From assembly GCA_000004985.1 (NCBI GenBank), contig GG738912.1: a stretch of 64,000 nt of DNA; one strand, given 5' to 3'. The stretch comes from Naegleria gruberi (Eukaryota). The notes beneath the pieces were generated by a model. The model saw nothing but the letters and a program-made list of their open reading frames with translations. It searched no databases and was not told the DNA's origin. Both the position numbers and the translations under genes were made by a program. Of this stretch, positions 1 to 12,735 are shown piece after piece (positions within the stretch are counted from its first letter, which is position 1; the number at the start of each line of letters is the position of its first letter).

Positions 1-243
1 TCATCCGTGCTGTGTTGACTCGTAATAATTAATTTTTTGATAGACCTTTTGAATGTTGTGGCTGATCTTTTAATTTTTTGAAACGCCATTTTCTTTTGCA
101 TAAAAAACGTGAAGTTTACAAAAAGTTGGTCAACCAGCAATCACGTAATCACGTTTGTTATTAATAGAAAATATAAAACGTGAAACCTGTGGAAATAATC
201 GATTTTTGCAATCAACACTTTCTAATAATTATTTCAAAAGAAA

Positions 244-2058
244 ATGATCACCCCAATCTTAGTTGGTATCGATTATGGAACTACCAATACCAAAGCAAGC
301 ATTCGTGAAGAATACATCTGTAACCAACCTAAATGCATTGAATTTGTAAGTGGTAAAAACTATCTTTCATCAGAGATTGCCATCAACAAGAAAGATAAAT
401 CTTGCATTGTTGGCTTGGAGGATGGCGAATCAACATATTACAAGATTGCCGAATCCAAACGATTGATTGGCAGAGCCTACAAGTCTGTAATGAATAAGGA
501 AGATTTTAGTACAAGACTTGGTTACCATGTTGCAAATGTTGATGGAATGGCAAACATTAGAATCAACTCAACCACAGATGGTAGCAATGATGTTGAAATT
601 ATTGATATCGATCCAAGATTAGTTACTGCTGACATTCTTAAAAAAGTCAAAAAGCATATCATTGATACCAACAACTATCCAGATGATACAATTGTTCAAG
701 CTGTGGTTACTGTCCCAGCTAATTATGGATATAGTCAGAAATCTGCAACAATGGAAGCTGCCGAGTTGAGTGGATTGCAAGTTCTACTGTTAATCCCAGA
801 ACCAACAGCAGCTGCACTTGCTTTCTTAGATTCCAAGAAATTCTCTGATGGTTATTATCTTGTAATTGACTTTGGTGGTGGCACTCTCGATCTCTCACTT
901 GTCCATCTGGAAGGTAAGAAAGTCATTGTAAAGAAAGTGTTTGGTAACATGTTTTTGGGAGGAGGAGATGTCGATCAAGCCATTGCAGAAGTGTTGAAAA
1001 CCAAGATTGACCCAGCACTTGAAATTCCAGTTCAGATTGAGAACATCTTTAGTAAGACTACAGAAATTGTCAATTTCAACAATGCTATTCTAAAGAAAAA
1101 ATCCAAAACACTCAAGGAAATGCTGAGCGAAGGAACCAACGAAGAAATTTCTTTGAGTATTAATTTGAAAGGTTATAGTGGTATGAAAATTGTCAATCTG
1201 TCATTTTCCAAACAAGAACTTTGTGCAGTTTTGAATTCAAAGTTTAGAGAACCTTTTGAAAAGGTCTTGAAAGAATGTAAGAATGGAATGGAGTGTGAAT
1301 TAGATGGTATTCTCCTTGCTGGTGGCTCATCTAAACTACCAACCATTGAATCTTGGACTAGAAATGTGTTTGAACAAGTTACAATTCATACACATGCACA
1401 TGATGTTCAAACTCTTGTTGCAAGAGGAGCTTTCTTAGCAGCAGAGTCAATCAGAAATGGCACAAATCAACTAGAGAATTTGCAAGTGATGGAAGAAGTA
1501 ACCGCAACCCATTTGGGAATTGAGACAAAGAATGTGGTGACTGATAAAGTAGAATTCACAACATTAATTCCAATGCACAGCCCTTTAAAAACTTCCTTTA
1601 CAAAGACCTTTACAAACGTTGTTGATGATCAAGAGAAAGCGAAAATTAGAGTATTGGAAAATTTGTCAGAATCTTTTGAAGATTCTACTGAAATATCCAG
1701 TTTGGTAATCAATATCATGAAAAGAAAGAAGGGAGAAACCAAGATTGATGTTACTTTTTCTGTTGATTTGAATGGTATCCTTCAGGTTGCCATTGTAGAA
1801 CAAGGAAGAGATTCTGATAATAAGCACGAAATCAAAACTACGTTGACCAATTTGTGGACTCCTGAACAAATAGAAGAGTTTCGTAAAAGAAAACATTTTA
1901 GTGTCCAAGAGGTAACTAAGGTTGCAGCACAACAAGTACCAAGCTTGAGTCAAAATCTTAGTAGTCAAATTCAATTTGACCTCTTAGATGAATTATTCAA
2001 AGGTCCAAATAAGCAAGTTCTCATTTTGGATACAGGTGCCAATAAACCATTATTATAA
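244..2058 (+). CDS. Hsp70-family (actin-like ATPase fold) protein, divergent member
   Basis: 604-aa ORF starting at ATG 244. Carries the Hsp70 phosphate-1 motif (VGIDYGTTNTKASI), the phosphate-2 motif (LVIDFGGGTLDLSL) and the adenosine motif (ILLAGGSSKLP). It does not read as a canonical cytosolic Hsp70. No intron is evident. Confidence 0.6.
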   Translation: MITPILVGIDYGTTNTKASIREEYICNQPKCIEFVSGKNYLSSEIAINKKDKSCIVGLEDGESTYYKIAESKRLIGRAYKSVMNKEDFSTRLGYHVANVDGMANIRINSTTDGSNDVEIIDIDPRLVTADILKKVKKHIIDTNNYPDDTIVQAVVTVPANYGYSQKSATMEAAELSGLQVLLLIPEPTAAALAFLDSKKFSDGYYLVIDFGGGTLDLSLVHLEGKKVIVKKVFGNMFLGGGDVDQAIAEVLKTKIDPALEIPVQIENIFSKTTEIVNFNNAILKKKSKTLKEMLSEGTNEEISLSINLKGYSGMKIVNLSFSKQELCAVLNSKFREPFEKVLKECKNGMECELDGILLAGGSSKLPTIESWTRNVFEQVTIHTHAHDVQTLVARGAFLAAESIRNGTNQLENLQVMEEVTATHLGIETKNVVTDKVEFTTLIPMHSPLKTSFTKTFTNVVDDQEKAKIRVLENLSESFEDSTEISSLVINIMKRKKGETKIDVTFSVDLNGILQVAIVEQGRDSDNKHEIKTTLTNLWTPEQIEEFRKRKHFSVQEVTKVAAQQVPSLSQNLSSQIQFDLLDELFKGPNKQVLILDTGANKPLL

Positions 2059-2781
2059 ATCTTCAGTAAATATTCTACCAAACAATACAATAAAAAGAGC
2101 CGTTAGTGGATAGAAAAGCACTATCGCTAGCACAGTTAGAATGATGAAAAATACAAAACTAGAAAGGTCAATCTTCTTTTGGAAACCATAGGTCAAGCTA
2201 AACAATCCATTATCATGATAATAACAATCGTGCAGACCTTCTTTCTTTCGAATTATTTCACTAACATTTACACAACCGTAGCGATAGAATTTTTCAATAT
2301 CATATTCTTCGTCAACATTTCTGAGTGTGGAATTGTAAACTGTTATGGAAACGTTTAGGTAGAGTACATCTGTGTATTTGATACAGTCATCATACCAATC
2401 ATAATCCACACAACGTTGTTTCACATAAACCATACATTCAGATACTGGACATTGTTGCAATGGGGTTGAGAATAAAGTTATCAGAAAGAAGAGCACTAAA
2501 AACAACGCAATGAAATGAGCAAAAAAATTCAGTAACATTGAAATGAAATAAATCGTGAATACCTTCCAAGGGAAACGTTCAATATCAAATTTAGAACGAT
2601 ATTTACGATAGTAATAGGCATTATGTTGTTCACGCCAGAATCCTGATTTTTCAACTAGACTATGGCATTGTCTATTAACATGGGAGAAGGATGCATAGCC
2701 TGTTCTAGGAATGAATGTGAATACCACTGAAAGCTCATCAGAATTAAGAGGTCTCAGCTTGTTTCGAATATTATTCTTCAT
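2053..2781 (-). CDS. hypothetical multi-pass membrane protein
   Basis: 242-aa ORF with several long hydrophobic stretches (FISMLLNFFAHFIALFLVLFFLITLF; FVFFIILTVLAIVLFYPLTALFIVLF). It is convergent with the Hsp70-like gene and overlaps its stop by 6 nt. I recognise no family. Confidence 0.3.
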   Translation of the reverse strand: MKNNIRNKLRPLNSDELSVVFTFIPRTGYASFSHVNRQCHSLVEKSGFWREQHNAYYYRKYRSKFDIERFPWKVFTIYFISMLLNFFAHFIALFLVLFFLITLFSTPLQQCPVSECMVYVKQRCVDYDWYDDCIKYTDVLYLNVSITVYNSTLRNVDEEYDIEKFYRYGCVNVSEIIRKKEGLHDCYYHDNGLFSLTYGFQKKIDLSSFVFFIILTVLAIVLFYPLTALFIVLFGRIFTEDL

Positions 2782-3593
2782 TTTTTTCTTGTTGATTATT
2801 ATGATGTTTCTTGGCTTTACCTATTTAAATGATATTTAAAAGATAATATTAGTCTTCTAATTACAAGTCCCACCACAGGTTCCTGGTACAAAGAGCTCAA
2901 TCAAAAAAGTACACGTTTACAATAAATAATTTGATTAATATTGAAAATAAAGGTATTAATATCTTAATCTTCAATATTAATAGAATACAATGGCTTCTCA
3001 CACTAGAATGTCTTTTTATAGGACTTCATTTTGTTTAATTTATAGATGATGAATATCTAGTAGTATTGGGTTTTACATCCAACCCCATCATGAAAAGACT
3101 TTGATCCGATGATGATAAAATTTAATGGTGATGATAAATTTGCTCCAGTGCTACATATATCCTGTTCGGAATTTTTTAAAAAATAATTTAAAAAATAGGT
3201 TTGGAACGAATTATGGTGTTTTATTTGTCAAGCCTGTAGCTAAATTGCTAAAACCTTTCAACAAATTCTTGCGTATTTAATTGCAAATACTTCACCATCA
3301 TCATCAATATTAAAATTACAACACATGATTGAAGAATTTAAATTAGTATTGGTTGGGTCCGATCCACCATGTAAATTTACAAATCATTGAAAATATTATG
3401 AAATTTAAAAATTCAATTTTTCATAGTATTGTGTATGGATTGGATTTGGAAATTGTATTACAAAATTATTGCCAATTATGAAATCATAAAGGAATAATTA
3501 TGAGATGATCAGAGGAAAATTTGTGCCTTGTTGACTTTGAATCTCATACCTTTTCCAGATAATAAACATCATATTTCCATCAGAAAAAGAAAA

Positions 3594-4777
3594 ATGCAAG
3601 ATCTGTTGGAAAAAGCGCAACACCATCACGAAAAATTAACATCTGATCTGTTGAATATTAAAAAACAACATTTAAACAAAGAGGAAGAGGAATACGAAAA
3701 GTTTCGAATAACAAATTTGGCAAATATTAGCAATGTAAAGTTGCGGATGAAAAAGAGACGAATATTTGCCATGGACAGTTCGATTTATGGAATTTCTTGG
3801 TCTAGAGATTCATCACTGGTTGTGTCTGTAGCGAGAGGAGGAAATTTAGCAGTAAGTTTTCAAACTGAATGAAGAATAATTTAATTTAGTATAGTTTTGG
3901 AGAACTAGAGAAAATAAGAAAATCGCTGAAATGATGGTTTTGGATTATTGGACAATGTGCTGCAGTTTAAGTCCTTCTGGAAGGTTGATAGCAACTGGAG
4001 GAACCAGAAATGATGTTTATGTTGGTAAGTGATTGGAATATTGGATTCTAAACTGAACTATTTCAGATATTGTTAAAGAAGGAACGTATAAACAAATAAT
4101 TACTCCAACATTTAGAAACATGAGTGGACACCGTGGTTATTTGAGTAGTTGTGAATTTATTGATGAAATTCAACTAGTAACAAGTTCTGGCGATGGGTAT
4201 TGTATTTTGTGGGATGTGGAAATGGGAAGAGCTGTTCATTATTTCAAAGTATGTTGGAATTATTTGGAATCTGATTTAATTAAAAATATTATAGAAACAC
4301 AAATCGGATTGCATGTCAGTTTCTGTAAATCCAATTGATAGGAATTTGTTCATTAGTGGCTCGTGTGATATGAAAGTTTGCTTGTGGGATTTGAGAATGA
4401 AAAAATGTGTGAATTCATTTAAGGGTCATCATTCACATGATATCAATGCTGTGAAATTTTTTCCAAATGGATTGGGTTTCGTAACTGGATCAGAAGATCT
4501 TACCTGTAAACTATTCGATTTAAGGGTTGAAAGACCACTAACGACATTCTCAAATGATGAACTAAATGAGCCAATATCAAGTGTATGTTTCAGCAAGTCG
4601 GGTAGAATTCTATTTGCAAGCCATGGTCCAAGTATTATTGCTTGGGATACCTTAACAGGAAAAATGAATTGTGAAATTGCCAAACTGAATATCAAGTGTT
4701 CTTGCTTGGAAGTTTCTCCTGATGGAAGTGCATTGGCTGCAGGTTCTTGGGATCACTTTCTCCGAATATTTGCTTGA
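3594..4777 (+). CDS. heterotrimeric G-protein beta subunit (WD40), 4 exons
   Basis: Exons are 3594-3851, 3919-4024, 4067-4248 and 4295-4777, joined by GTAAGT/GTATGT...AG introns of 67, 42 and 46 nt. Joining them restores a continuous G-beta sequence: an N-terminal coiled coil (MQDLLEKAQHHHEKLTSDLLNIKKQ), then SGHRGYLSSCEFIDEIQLVTSSGDGYCILWD, then FFPNGLGFVTGSEDLTCKLFDLR, ending in the C-terminal GSWDHFLRIFA (compare canonical GSWDSFLKIWN). Confidence 0.8.
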
Positions 4778-5122
4778 AGCTATTATGGATAATTTCAGTT
4801 AGAAGGGAAGTTTGAATATTCGAAAGATGAGTGGAACTGAATCATCGTTACAACAGCTAGTTTTACAAATGATTAGCATTTGAAACAGATTAACATTGAA
4901 ACAAAGCTTAAACGAGTGAATAATATGCAAAATGAAAAATAATATTGAAGCATCATGATTAAGGTGGAATCAAAGACATCTGGTAATGTTTCTAAAACAT
5001 TCGATCTTCCATTAGACCAATATATGAATAAGAACACAATTTAAAATTCCGAATCCATCATATCCGTATGTCTATTAAAAAAGAGAATTAAGAAAACACA
5101 AAAATCAACTAACATTAAAAAA

Positions 5123-7538
5123 ATGCCCAACAGAGGACAAGGAAATAACTCCTCTGCTTTATTCGGTGCACCTCCTCCAACATCATCATTATCATCTCTA
5201 ATAACAAATTCCGCCATGATGAATAATAATAATTTATTGTTAATGCAGCAACAACAGCAACAGCAGCAACAAGTGGGAAATAAGGATCCTGCTACATCAT
5301 ATAATAATAATAATAATAACAATAATAATAATATTGAAAGTGAAACTAGTAATGATAACGAAGATAGTCAACAAGGAGGAAAGTTTGCTAGTATTGCCTG
5401 TACCTCGTGCAGAAAGCTGCATCGGTATGTATTCTGTAGAATTAACTATTAATTTAAATAATAATGAATAATGAATATTTATATGTGATTACGTTATGTT
5501 GATATTTAAATAATATAGTAAATGTGATAAAACTCTTCCTTGCTGCGCATATTGTGTCAAGACTGGAAAACAATGTGTCTATCCATCACCAAGACGTGGA
5601 AAACAATTTCAACAACAGAAAAAAGCAAATCAATCATCATCCGATGCTCATTCACAACTATTTAATAATCCTTCCGTGGAATCAATGGAAGGTCCTTCAC
5701 TAACTATTCCTACTTCATCTTTTAAACACATTTCTAGTACAAGTTCAATTGATAGTCAGAGTTCAACCTCGTCATCGAATGATGCCTCACCAATACACTA
5801 TACTCCGTATGATACCGGAAAGACTCAACATGAACTCAATTATAAATATGTAGCTACACAGAGTTTAGATATCTACTATAGTGTATTGTGTTACGGATAT
5901 CCACTCATAGAGAGGGAAAGATTACAATCACTAATTGATGGAGGAAAACAAAAAAAGAATGGTCAAAATACGCCACTCTTTGTTTGGCAAAGTAAATTGG
6001 ATCAAGAAAAGGATTATGGACTATTGTACACAATGCAGGCCTTGTGTCTTCAACAATTGGGCCACAAGGATATTTCTTCACAACTCTTCCTTAAAGGAAA
6101 ACAAATAGTTGGTAAATTCTTTGATGAAGTTGACACGTTGAACATTCCGATTGCCATGAAGTTTATGGCTGAATATTTACTAGGCTCAGGAGAAAAGAAG
6201 AAGGCACGAGTGCTGACATCTACTATTAGAACAAATATTGCACCATATCTCAAAGGTAGTGGGCTCATCAACCCTAATAATATGGATAAGGACTTTGGTT
6301 GGATAGATAAGGAACCAAGACTTTTCCCATCTGTTCTATTGGAGAGTCAACTCAAATATTTGGAATTCTTTTTAACAGAGGAAGAATCTCCACAAACATT
6401 TATTTTCGAAGAATTGGAAATTTTAGGCCACAACAAGATGAAATTAGACCTCTCAAAAGTTGGACCAACCTGTAAGAACCTTAATGAAGAAAACAAACAA
6501 AAACTTTTAGCAATCATCAAGACGTATGAGTGTTTCACCGATTTGGTATTTAATACTTTAGCAAAGAAGGATGCACTTGTCTACCTGATAGCTCAACTCA
6601 CAAACAAACAAGTTCATTTGGAAATTTTGCTAAACTGCAGTCCTCAAATAATGGACATTGGTGAGATGCTCAAAATTTCTTACCAAATTATTGAACTTAC
6701 AAAGAACAACTTTTTCACATATATTCCTATTTTCTCTACCAAAGCCATAGTGCTGGCTTGTAGTGTTAGACTGAAATATAATAATCAAGGGCTGAATCCA
6801 CATGGTTTTATAGATTTTAGAGATGATTTAAGAGCTTTAAGAGTGCTGGCTAACCGATTTACTCTCATTCAAAAGGAACATGCCCAGCTCATCAAGACAA
6901 TTGAAAGCGTTTTATATACACAGTCGCTGACACAATCCCACAAGGATATTCCATTTGGCGGTCAACCATCATTCACCTCGGAAGAAAATCCATTCCAAGC
7001 CTTGTTAAATAATCCATCTTCTTCATTCTCTCCAGAGGCTGCCATCTCTGATATTTTACCACCTAACGGATACTATGATGATTTTCTGGATCATGAACAT
7101 GATATTGGACTTTATTCCCAGGGTGATTTGTTTGCCAGCCATCTTTTGGATACTTTCTATGAAAATAATGTGTATGAAACTCGATATAGAAGAATGATGG
7201 AAGATGTTATGGAAGGTTCGGAGAGATTCTCCATTTCCATTCAAAATATGATCAAACAACAACAAGCTCAACAACTTCCAGATGCCCTCCAAAGAGCTGA
7301 GGGTTTAAAGAAGCTACGATTGGATTTGGCAAACCAAATGATAGATATTGCCAAACAACATAACGATATTCCTAGTGTTATTGAGGCTGAGCTCTTCAGA
7401 AGGCAAGTTATTGCTGCCAATGTCAATACACAACAAGCTATACAACTACAACAAAATATAAGAGACAATCATCAACAATTTTCACAATTCTTGGAAACTG
7501 ATTCGAACTTTATGGATGAATATCCTTTTGAAATGTAA
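5123..7538 (+). CDS. Zn(2)-Cys(6) binuclear-cluster transcription factor with poly-Q/poly-N N-terminus, 2 exons
   Basis: Exon 1 is 5123-5424 and exon 2 is 5519-7538, separated by a 94-nt GTATGT..TAG intron. Splicing yields CTSCRKLHRKCDKTLPCCAYCVKTGKQC, which fits C-X2-C-X6-C-X5-C-X2-C-X6-C, the fungal Zn2Cys6 signature. A long regulatory-type C-terminal region follows. Confidence 0.75.
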
Positions 7539-7808
7539 ATTGTAAATTACCTATTTATTGAATCATGTAAATAATGAAACTGAACTTAATAAAACTGAAG
7601 AAAATTTCAGCATCTCATATTTTAAGGAGAATGTGATAGTAGTGTCTATTTATTTCAAATGTTTTTTAAAAAACAAATTAAATGGATCACAATTTTAACC
7701 ATAAGCGCACATTTATTTCCTCTGTGGACTAATTAAAATCAGTTAGCGGATGAATTGATGAGAGGACATTAAACAGCCATCTTCCTCGCCAAAATTCAAA
7801 TCAAAAAA

Positions 7809-9639
7809 ATGGATTCATTAGAGTTTTCACCATTTAGTCCTTCATCGTGTCTTTCTCTGGGAGGAGAGGTAATACAAACGTCAACAACAAACACTGCAAC
7901 AAGTAGTAACAGTCATGATTCACCATCAAAACTATCAATCGAAGAAGAAAAAGAAATTGATGTGGATAATAGTGATAAGGGAGGAAAACATCCGATTGCA
8001 TGTGCTCGTTGTAGAAAACTGCACAAAAAGGTATGTGATGCTTCTTTGCTTTCTGGTGGTAATCAATAATAATTTAGTGTGACAAAAAGTTGACTGGTTG
8101 TTCGAAATGTGCAAATGCAGGAGTTGATTGTGTGGTAAGTGAATGAAAGCAATTTTCATTAATTTTCTTGAATAATATTCGAAATAGTATAAAACTCCTC
8201 AAAAGAGAGGAAAAGGAGCTGAGCTTTATGCTCAAAATCCATCAAAAAAGAAAAAGAAATCATCAGAATCAATCTCTTTACCTTCAACAGAAATTCAATT
8301 GGAAAAGAAGGGTGTCTTGACAGGAATTACAATGACTGATGTGTATTTTACCTTTGTTTGTGGAATTCATCCAATGATTGAAAAGGAAAAATTGAAATAT
8401 TTTGTAAATAATTGTCTTTATCAATTTGAAAACAAATCAACAGGAGAGGAATTAATACTGGAAGATAATATTTGGATCAAATCAATTGGAGAAATGAAAT
8501 GTTTATATGCTTTATATTTAGCATTGATGAGCGTATCATCTCAAATTGTTGCAGATTTGGAAACAGTTGACAAATGCTTGAGGAAGGCAGAGATAGAGGT
8601 TGCTCTCCTTTCAATAGATTATTCCACAGAGTTTTACTGGGCTGTTGCTTGTCATTATATTAATGTTGCTTACATTGGAGATGGGGATCAGTACAAATCG
8701 AGGTATTACCTTTCCAAAGTGAATTTTTATCTTGAGAATCATTCAGAAAATTCGAATCCATTTTACAGAGTTCTCTACACACACAGTGGAGTTATTTCTT
8801 CGAGATTTAGGAATGAAACATTCTCTTTACAGACACTGCTGAATGGAACAAAGAATATGTTTGAATATTTCACGAATCGTAAAGTGGAAGATGTGTTTCT
8901 TCCAGGAACGTGGGAATACATGATGAATACGAAAATATCTCAACAAAATTATTTACTATTCAAACAGGTTTCTGATTACATTTTCAAAGTGATTGGAGAA
9001 CACAAATTTCAAGCTCAACGAAGTTTGACAGATTGTCACAGCACTGAATATTTCAAAATTCAGAGATTATTCACATGCATGTTAACAGAGGGTTTTTCAT
9101 TCATGTTCATGAAACAAATTCCTGAGATTAGTTTCAATGTAATGGAAGAAATTGCATTGAAAATTACTCTAATGACAGAAAATGAAATGTTTCCATTCCT
9201 AGTTCTTGGAACAATCAATATAGTTGTGGAAACAACTGAATTCCATCTTGGTATTTGTAAAAAGATTGATCTAGGACTTAAACCAAAGCTGGGAACTGTC
9301 AGAACATCCCCATCTAAATCAGTGACTTTTGATTATTTCTCAATTTTAGAAAAAGATTTGAGAGCTCTCAAAATATTGGCAGCTCGATATAGAAGAGTTA
9401 TGAAACTATATCCAAATTTAATTAGTGACATAACCGAACTTATAGAACGAAACAAAATGAAAGATCAAGTTTCATCTACTTTACTTTCCGTATCTGAAAT
9501 ACCTCCATTCTTTGCTCCACCACAACAAGATGAAATTCTGAGAAAGCAATTGGAACAAGCATTCAAAAGGCCAGAGGATGTTGATTCTTATTTTGCTGAG
9601 CAATCACTAGGGGATTGGGAAGAATTATTCAATTTTTAA
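7809..9639 (+). CDS. Zn(2)-Cys(6) transcription factor, paralog A, 3 exons
   Basis: Exons are 7809-8030, 8078-8134 (a 57-nt exon encoding CDKKLTGCSKCANAGVDCV) and 8188-9639, with introns of 47 and 53 nt. The spliced product CARCRKLHKKCDKKLTGCSKCANAGVDC is a complete Zn2Cys6 cluster. It is about 85% identical at DNA level to the gene at 12944-14611. Confidence 0.75.
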
Positions 9640-9722
9640 TAAAATATTTAGAAAACTTTGAAATCAAATATTTTAACAAATTCCATATTTAGAAAATTTA
9701 GAAATTACAATTTTTTTATTAT

Positions 9723-11123
9723 TTATTTGAAAACAAGAACAACATTCTTTTCTGCAAAACCACAGTAAAGTTCTCCAGTAGCACTGTCCAAAGCAATTAC
9801 CATTCCACTTCCAGCATGATATAAACCAAACTTGTAAGGACTATTCTCATTCATGAAAGAAGTGAGACAGGTTCCATCTTCCTTCATAGAATCAATACCA
9901 TATTGAACACAATAAATCTTATTAGTATTTGGTTCAAATTGTGGACATTTTTGAGTGTAGGTTCTTTGCTTGTCAAATTTCTTTAAGATTTTTCCATTCT
10001 TGTTAGTTACCAAGATGGTATCTTCATTGATAAGGACAAGTTCGTTATTGACATTAATACCCATACAATCAATTCTGCTCAATCCAAAAACATTGTTTCC
10101 TTGAATGTTTTGTCTCAAAGTCTTGATAATTTTACCAGTGTCAGGTGACAAAAAGTCAACTCCTCCATTTTGAGCAATGTAAATAGTACCATCAACCTTA
10201 TCAACAGCCATACTATAAATCATACCAGTGCCATCATTTTCCCAGAATACCATCTTACCATTTCTAGAAATTTTCACAATGGTTGATGCACAACATCTGT
10301 CAATAACATAAACAAGTGCCTTATCCTTGGTATCATAACAGAGATGCATATTATCTCTGTCTTGAGGTTCCTTGAAGTGATTCTTCAACATTTTAGTCTT
10401 TAAATCAAATTCAAAGAAAGTCCAACGATCAGCAACGAAAATGGTACGATTGACTGGATCAATTGCAAGACCAGCAACTCCAGCAAATTCAAAATTAAAA
10501 TCTTCATTCTCACCCAAAGTACCAATATGATTATAATTTCCACTGAATGGAACAAAACCACCAGAAGAAGCAGCAACAGATGAACCAGAACCACCAGAGG
10601 AAGAACCTGCACTAGTCAACTCTGAAACATCATTAACATGAGATTTGGTCTTGTTTGATGAATTGTGCAATTTCAAGTGATTTTCACACATGTGAGCATT
10701 ACATTGTTTACAATGATGAGTTGCCAAAACTTTCTCTTCATCATCAGTCAAACACTTGTCACAATTCTTTGCAGCAGAAACTTGACTTTCAATTGGAACC
10801 ACTGAAGAAGCATGTGATTTAGTCTTATTGGAAGTATTGTGAAGATTCAAGTGGTTTTCACAAAAGCACATATTACAGCTAGGACAGGAATGAGTAGCTG
10901 GAATAGTTTCGTCTTCATCCTTTAAACATTTATCACAGTTTCGAATAGTGGATGCTGCAGATAATTCAACAAGATCACTAACGTGTGATTTAGTCTTGTT
11001 TGAAGTATTGTGAAGATTTAAGTGATTATCACAATAGTTCATTTTACATTGCTTGCAGTTGTGAGTTGCAGGCACAGTTTCGTTTTCGTCCTTCAAACAT
11101 TTATCGCAATTGACAACTTTCAT
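9723..11123 (-). CDS. B-box-type zinc finger (x3) plus beta-propeller (NHL-like) protein
   Basis: 466-aa ORF from ATG 11123. It has three near-identical ~50-aa repeats, CDKCLKDEDETIPATHSCPSCNMCFCENHLNLHNTSNKTKSH, with B-box-like C/H spacing. These are followed by a Ser/Gly linker and a repetitive beta-strand-rich C-terminal half (GTIYIAQNGG, GELYCGF) consistent with an NHL or six-bladed propeller. Confidence 0.55.
   Translation of the reverse strand: MKVVNCDKCLKDENETVPATHNCKQCKMNYCDNHLNLHNTSNKTKSHVSDLVELSAASTIRNCDKCLKDEDETIPATHSCPSCNMCFCENHLNLHNTSNKTKSHASSVVPIESQVSAAKNCDKCLTDDEEKVLATHHCKQCNAHMCENHLKLHNSSNKTKSHVNDVSELTSAGSSSGGSGSSVAASSGGFVPFSGNYNHIGTLGENEDFNFEFAGVAGLAIDPVNRTIFVADRWTFFEFDLKTKMLKNHFKEPQDRDNMHLCYDTKDKALVYVIDRCCASTIVKISRNGKMVFWENDGTGMIYSMAVDKVDGTIYIAQNGGVDFLSPDTGKIIKTLRQNIQGNNVFGLSRIDCMGINVNNELVLINEDTILVTNKNGKILKKFDKQRTYTQKCPQFEPNTNKIYCVQYGIDSMKEDGTCLTSFMNENSPYKFGLYHAGSGMVIALDSATGELYCGFAEKNVVLVFK
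10630..11123 (-). repeat. three tandem ~150-bp coding repeats (B-box fingers) inside gene 9723-11123
   Basis: The three copies are highly similar at DNA level (…gtgattttcacacatgtgagcattacattgtttacaatgatgagttgcc… versus …gtggttttcacaaaagcacatattacagctagga…). Confidence 0.6.
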
Positions 11124-11442
11124 GTTTAGTTTCTGATATTTTTTAAAGTTTTTGATTTGTGTTTAAAGAGATGTGTTTGCTCACTTTTATACTTGGTTGA
11201 GAACCGCCCTCACACTCTCGACCTTTCAATTCTGAGCAAGTTTCGAATAGTTTCATTAAGAGACAATTTTTTGCCTACCAGTTTAAAAAGACAACCCAAT
11301 GAACATGTCGAGAACACAACAAGGAAGAGAGCTTTTTTGGAAAGGGTGATATTGCGTTTTACACATGAGTAAACTTTCGAGAGTTTTTTTGAACTAATTG
11401 CTGAAGTTTCGCATAAATTAAAAAAATAGAGAAACGTTTCAG
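11124..11442. promoter_or_regulatory. 319-bp divergent (head-to-head) intergenic region between the two B-box/propeller genes
   Basis: The ATGs at 11123 (minus strand) and 11443 (plus strand) face away from each other, so a shared bidirectional promoter is inferred. Confidence 0.3.
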
Positions 11443-12735
11443 ATGGCAAACTTTTCATTTAGTTTGAATGGTGTATTGAACAATCTACCAAGCTCCTTGT
11501 CATCCATTGGATACAAGGCTAAGAATGCACTCAGTAGAAAGTTAAAAAGTTCAAACGAAGGTAAACGAAACCCACATGCACCTTCAGATAACGATTTTGA
11601 TGAAAATGACTCATCAAATAATAACAATAATAAGAAACCATCCTCTTCATCATCCAACAGATTGGATAATTCATCATCTTCAAAGGCAACTATCAAATCG
11701 TCCAATAAGAAACCAAGAGTAAAGAAACCGAAAGTTGAAGTCAAGTATTGTGATAAATGCTTGAAAGATGAAGAAGAAAAAGTCCAAGCCACTCATTATT
11801 GCTCTGGTTGTTCCATGAATTATTGTGAAGCACACATAAATCTTCACAATTCGGCCAACAAGACGAAAGGTCATGCCGAAAGTGGTCAAGTTTCAAGTCT
11901 AGCTGCTGCACATGTTCCACTTGCTCTCTTACCAGACTTGCAACAAATTTGTGTGCTTCCCAATCCAGATAGCCCATTTTCATGCACAATTGACCATGGT
12001 TATGGTTCTCTATTCGTTCTTGATGGAGATATGTTTATGGAATATGATTTAACAACTAAAGAATTGGTAAATCATTTCAGAGAACCTCAAGAAAGACGTG
12101 CAGTTCGTGTCTGTTACGATTCCAATGATGATACTCTCATTTATGTACTTGACAGATGTGCTTCACATGATATTGTAAAAACTTCAAGAGATGGAAAGAT
12201 GATTCATTGGCAATTGGATGATCAATCACCAATTCGTGATATGAGTGTCGATCCAATTGATGGAACTATTTATACAGTTCAAAATGATGGAATTGTTTGT
12301 GTGAAGGATGGAAAAGTTTCGTCCACATTGAGAGAAAACATTAATGGAAATAACATGTTTGTGGACACCTATGACAATATTTGTGGAGTGACAACTAATC
12401 ATGAAAATAACTTGATAGTTGTTTCGAATAGATATATTATTACTTGTAATAAGAAGGGAAAGATATTTAGCAAAGTTGAAAAGGTCAGTTCTGGTGCAAG
12501 TAAGAGAATTCATTTGGATCCAAGTGGAGAACACATGTACTTTATTGGAGACAGTGGAATTGAGTCAACCAAATTGAATGGAACTTGTCGTACAGAATTT
12601 AGAAATGACAAGGTTGACTATGATCATAAATTTGAAGTTTCTAGAGGAGAAGGAATAGACATGGCCATTGATTTCACATCTGGAGAAGTTTATGTTGTCA
12701 ATCCTCACAAATCAAAAGTTCAAGTATTCAAATAA
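11443..12735 (+). CDS. B-box-type zinc finger (x1) plus beta-propeller (NHL-like) protein, paralog of 9723-11123
   Basis: 430-aa ORF from ATG 11443. The N-terminus is Ser/Asn-rich. It has one B-box-like finger (CDKCLKDEEEKVQATHYCSGCSMNYCEAHINLHNSANKTKGH) and a C-terminal propeller-like half collinear with its neighbour's (GTIYTVQNDG, GEVYVVNPHKSKVQVFK). Confidence 0.55.
   Translation: MANFSFSLNGVLNNLPSSLSSIGYKAKNALSRKLKSSNEGKRNPHAPSDNDFDENDSSNNNNNKKPSSSSSNRLDNSSSSKATIKSSNKKPRVKKPKVEVKYCDKCLKDEEEKVQATHYCSGCSMNYCEAHINLHNSANKTKGHAESGQVSSLAAAHVPLALLPDLQQICVLPNPDSPFSCTIDHGYGSLFVLDGDMFMEYDLTTKELVNHFREPQERRAVRVCYDSNDDTLIYVLDRCASHDIVKTSRDGKMIHWQLDDQSPIRDMSVDPIDGTIYTVQNDGIVCVKDGKVSSTLRENINGNNMFVDTYDNICGVTTNHENNLIVVSNRYIITCNKKGKIFSKVEKVSSGASKRIHLDPSGEHMYFIGDSGIESTKLNGTCRTEFRNDKVDYDHKFEVSRGEGIDMAIDFTSGEVYVVNPHKSKVQVFK

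Noticed and set aside
5041-5322. Minus-strand ORF with a poly-Cys run (CCCCCCCCC)
   Set aside because: It is the antisense of the CAA/CAG poly-Gln tract in exon 1 of the Zn2Cys6 gene at 5123, so it is an artifact of a trinucleotide repeat.
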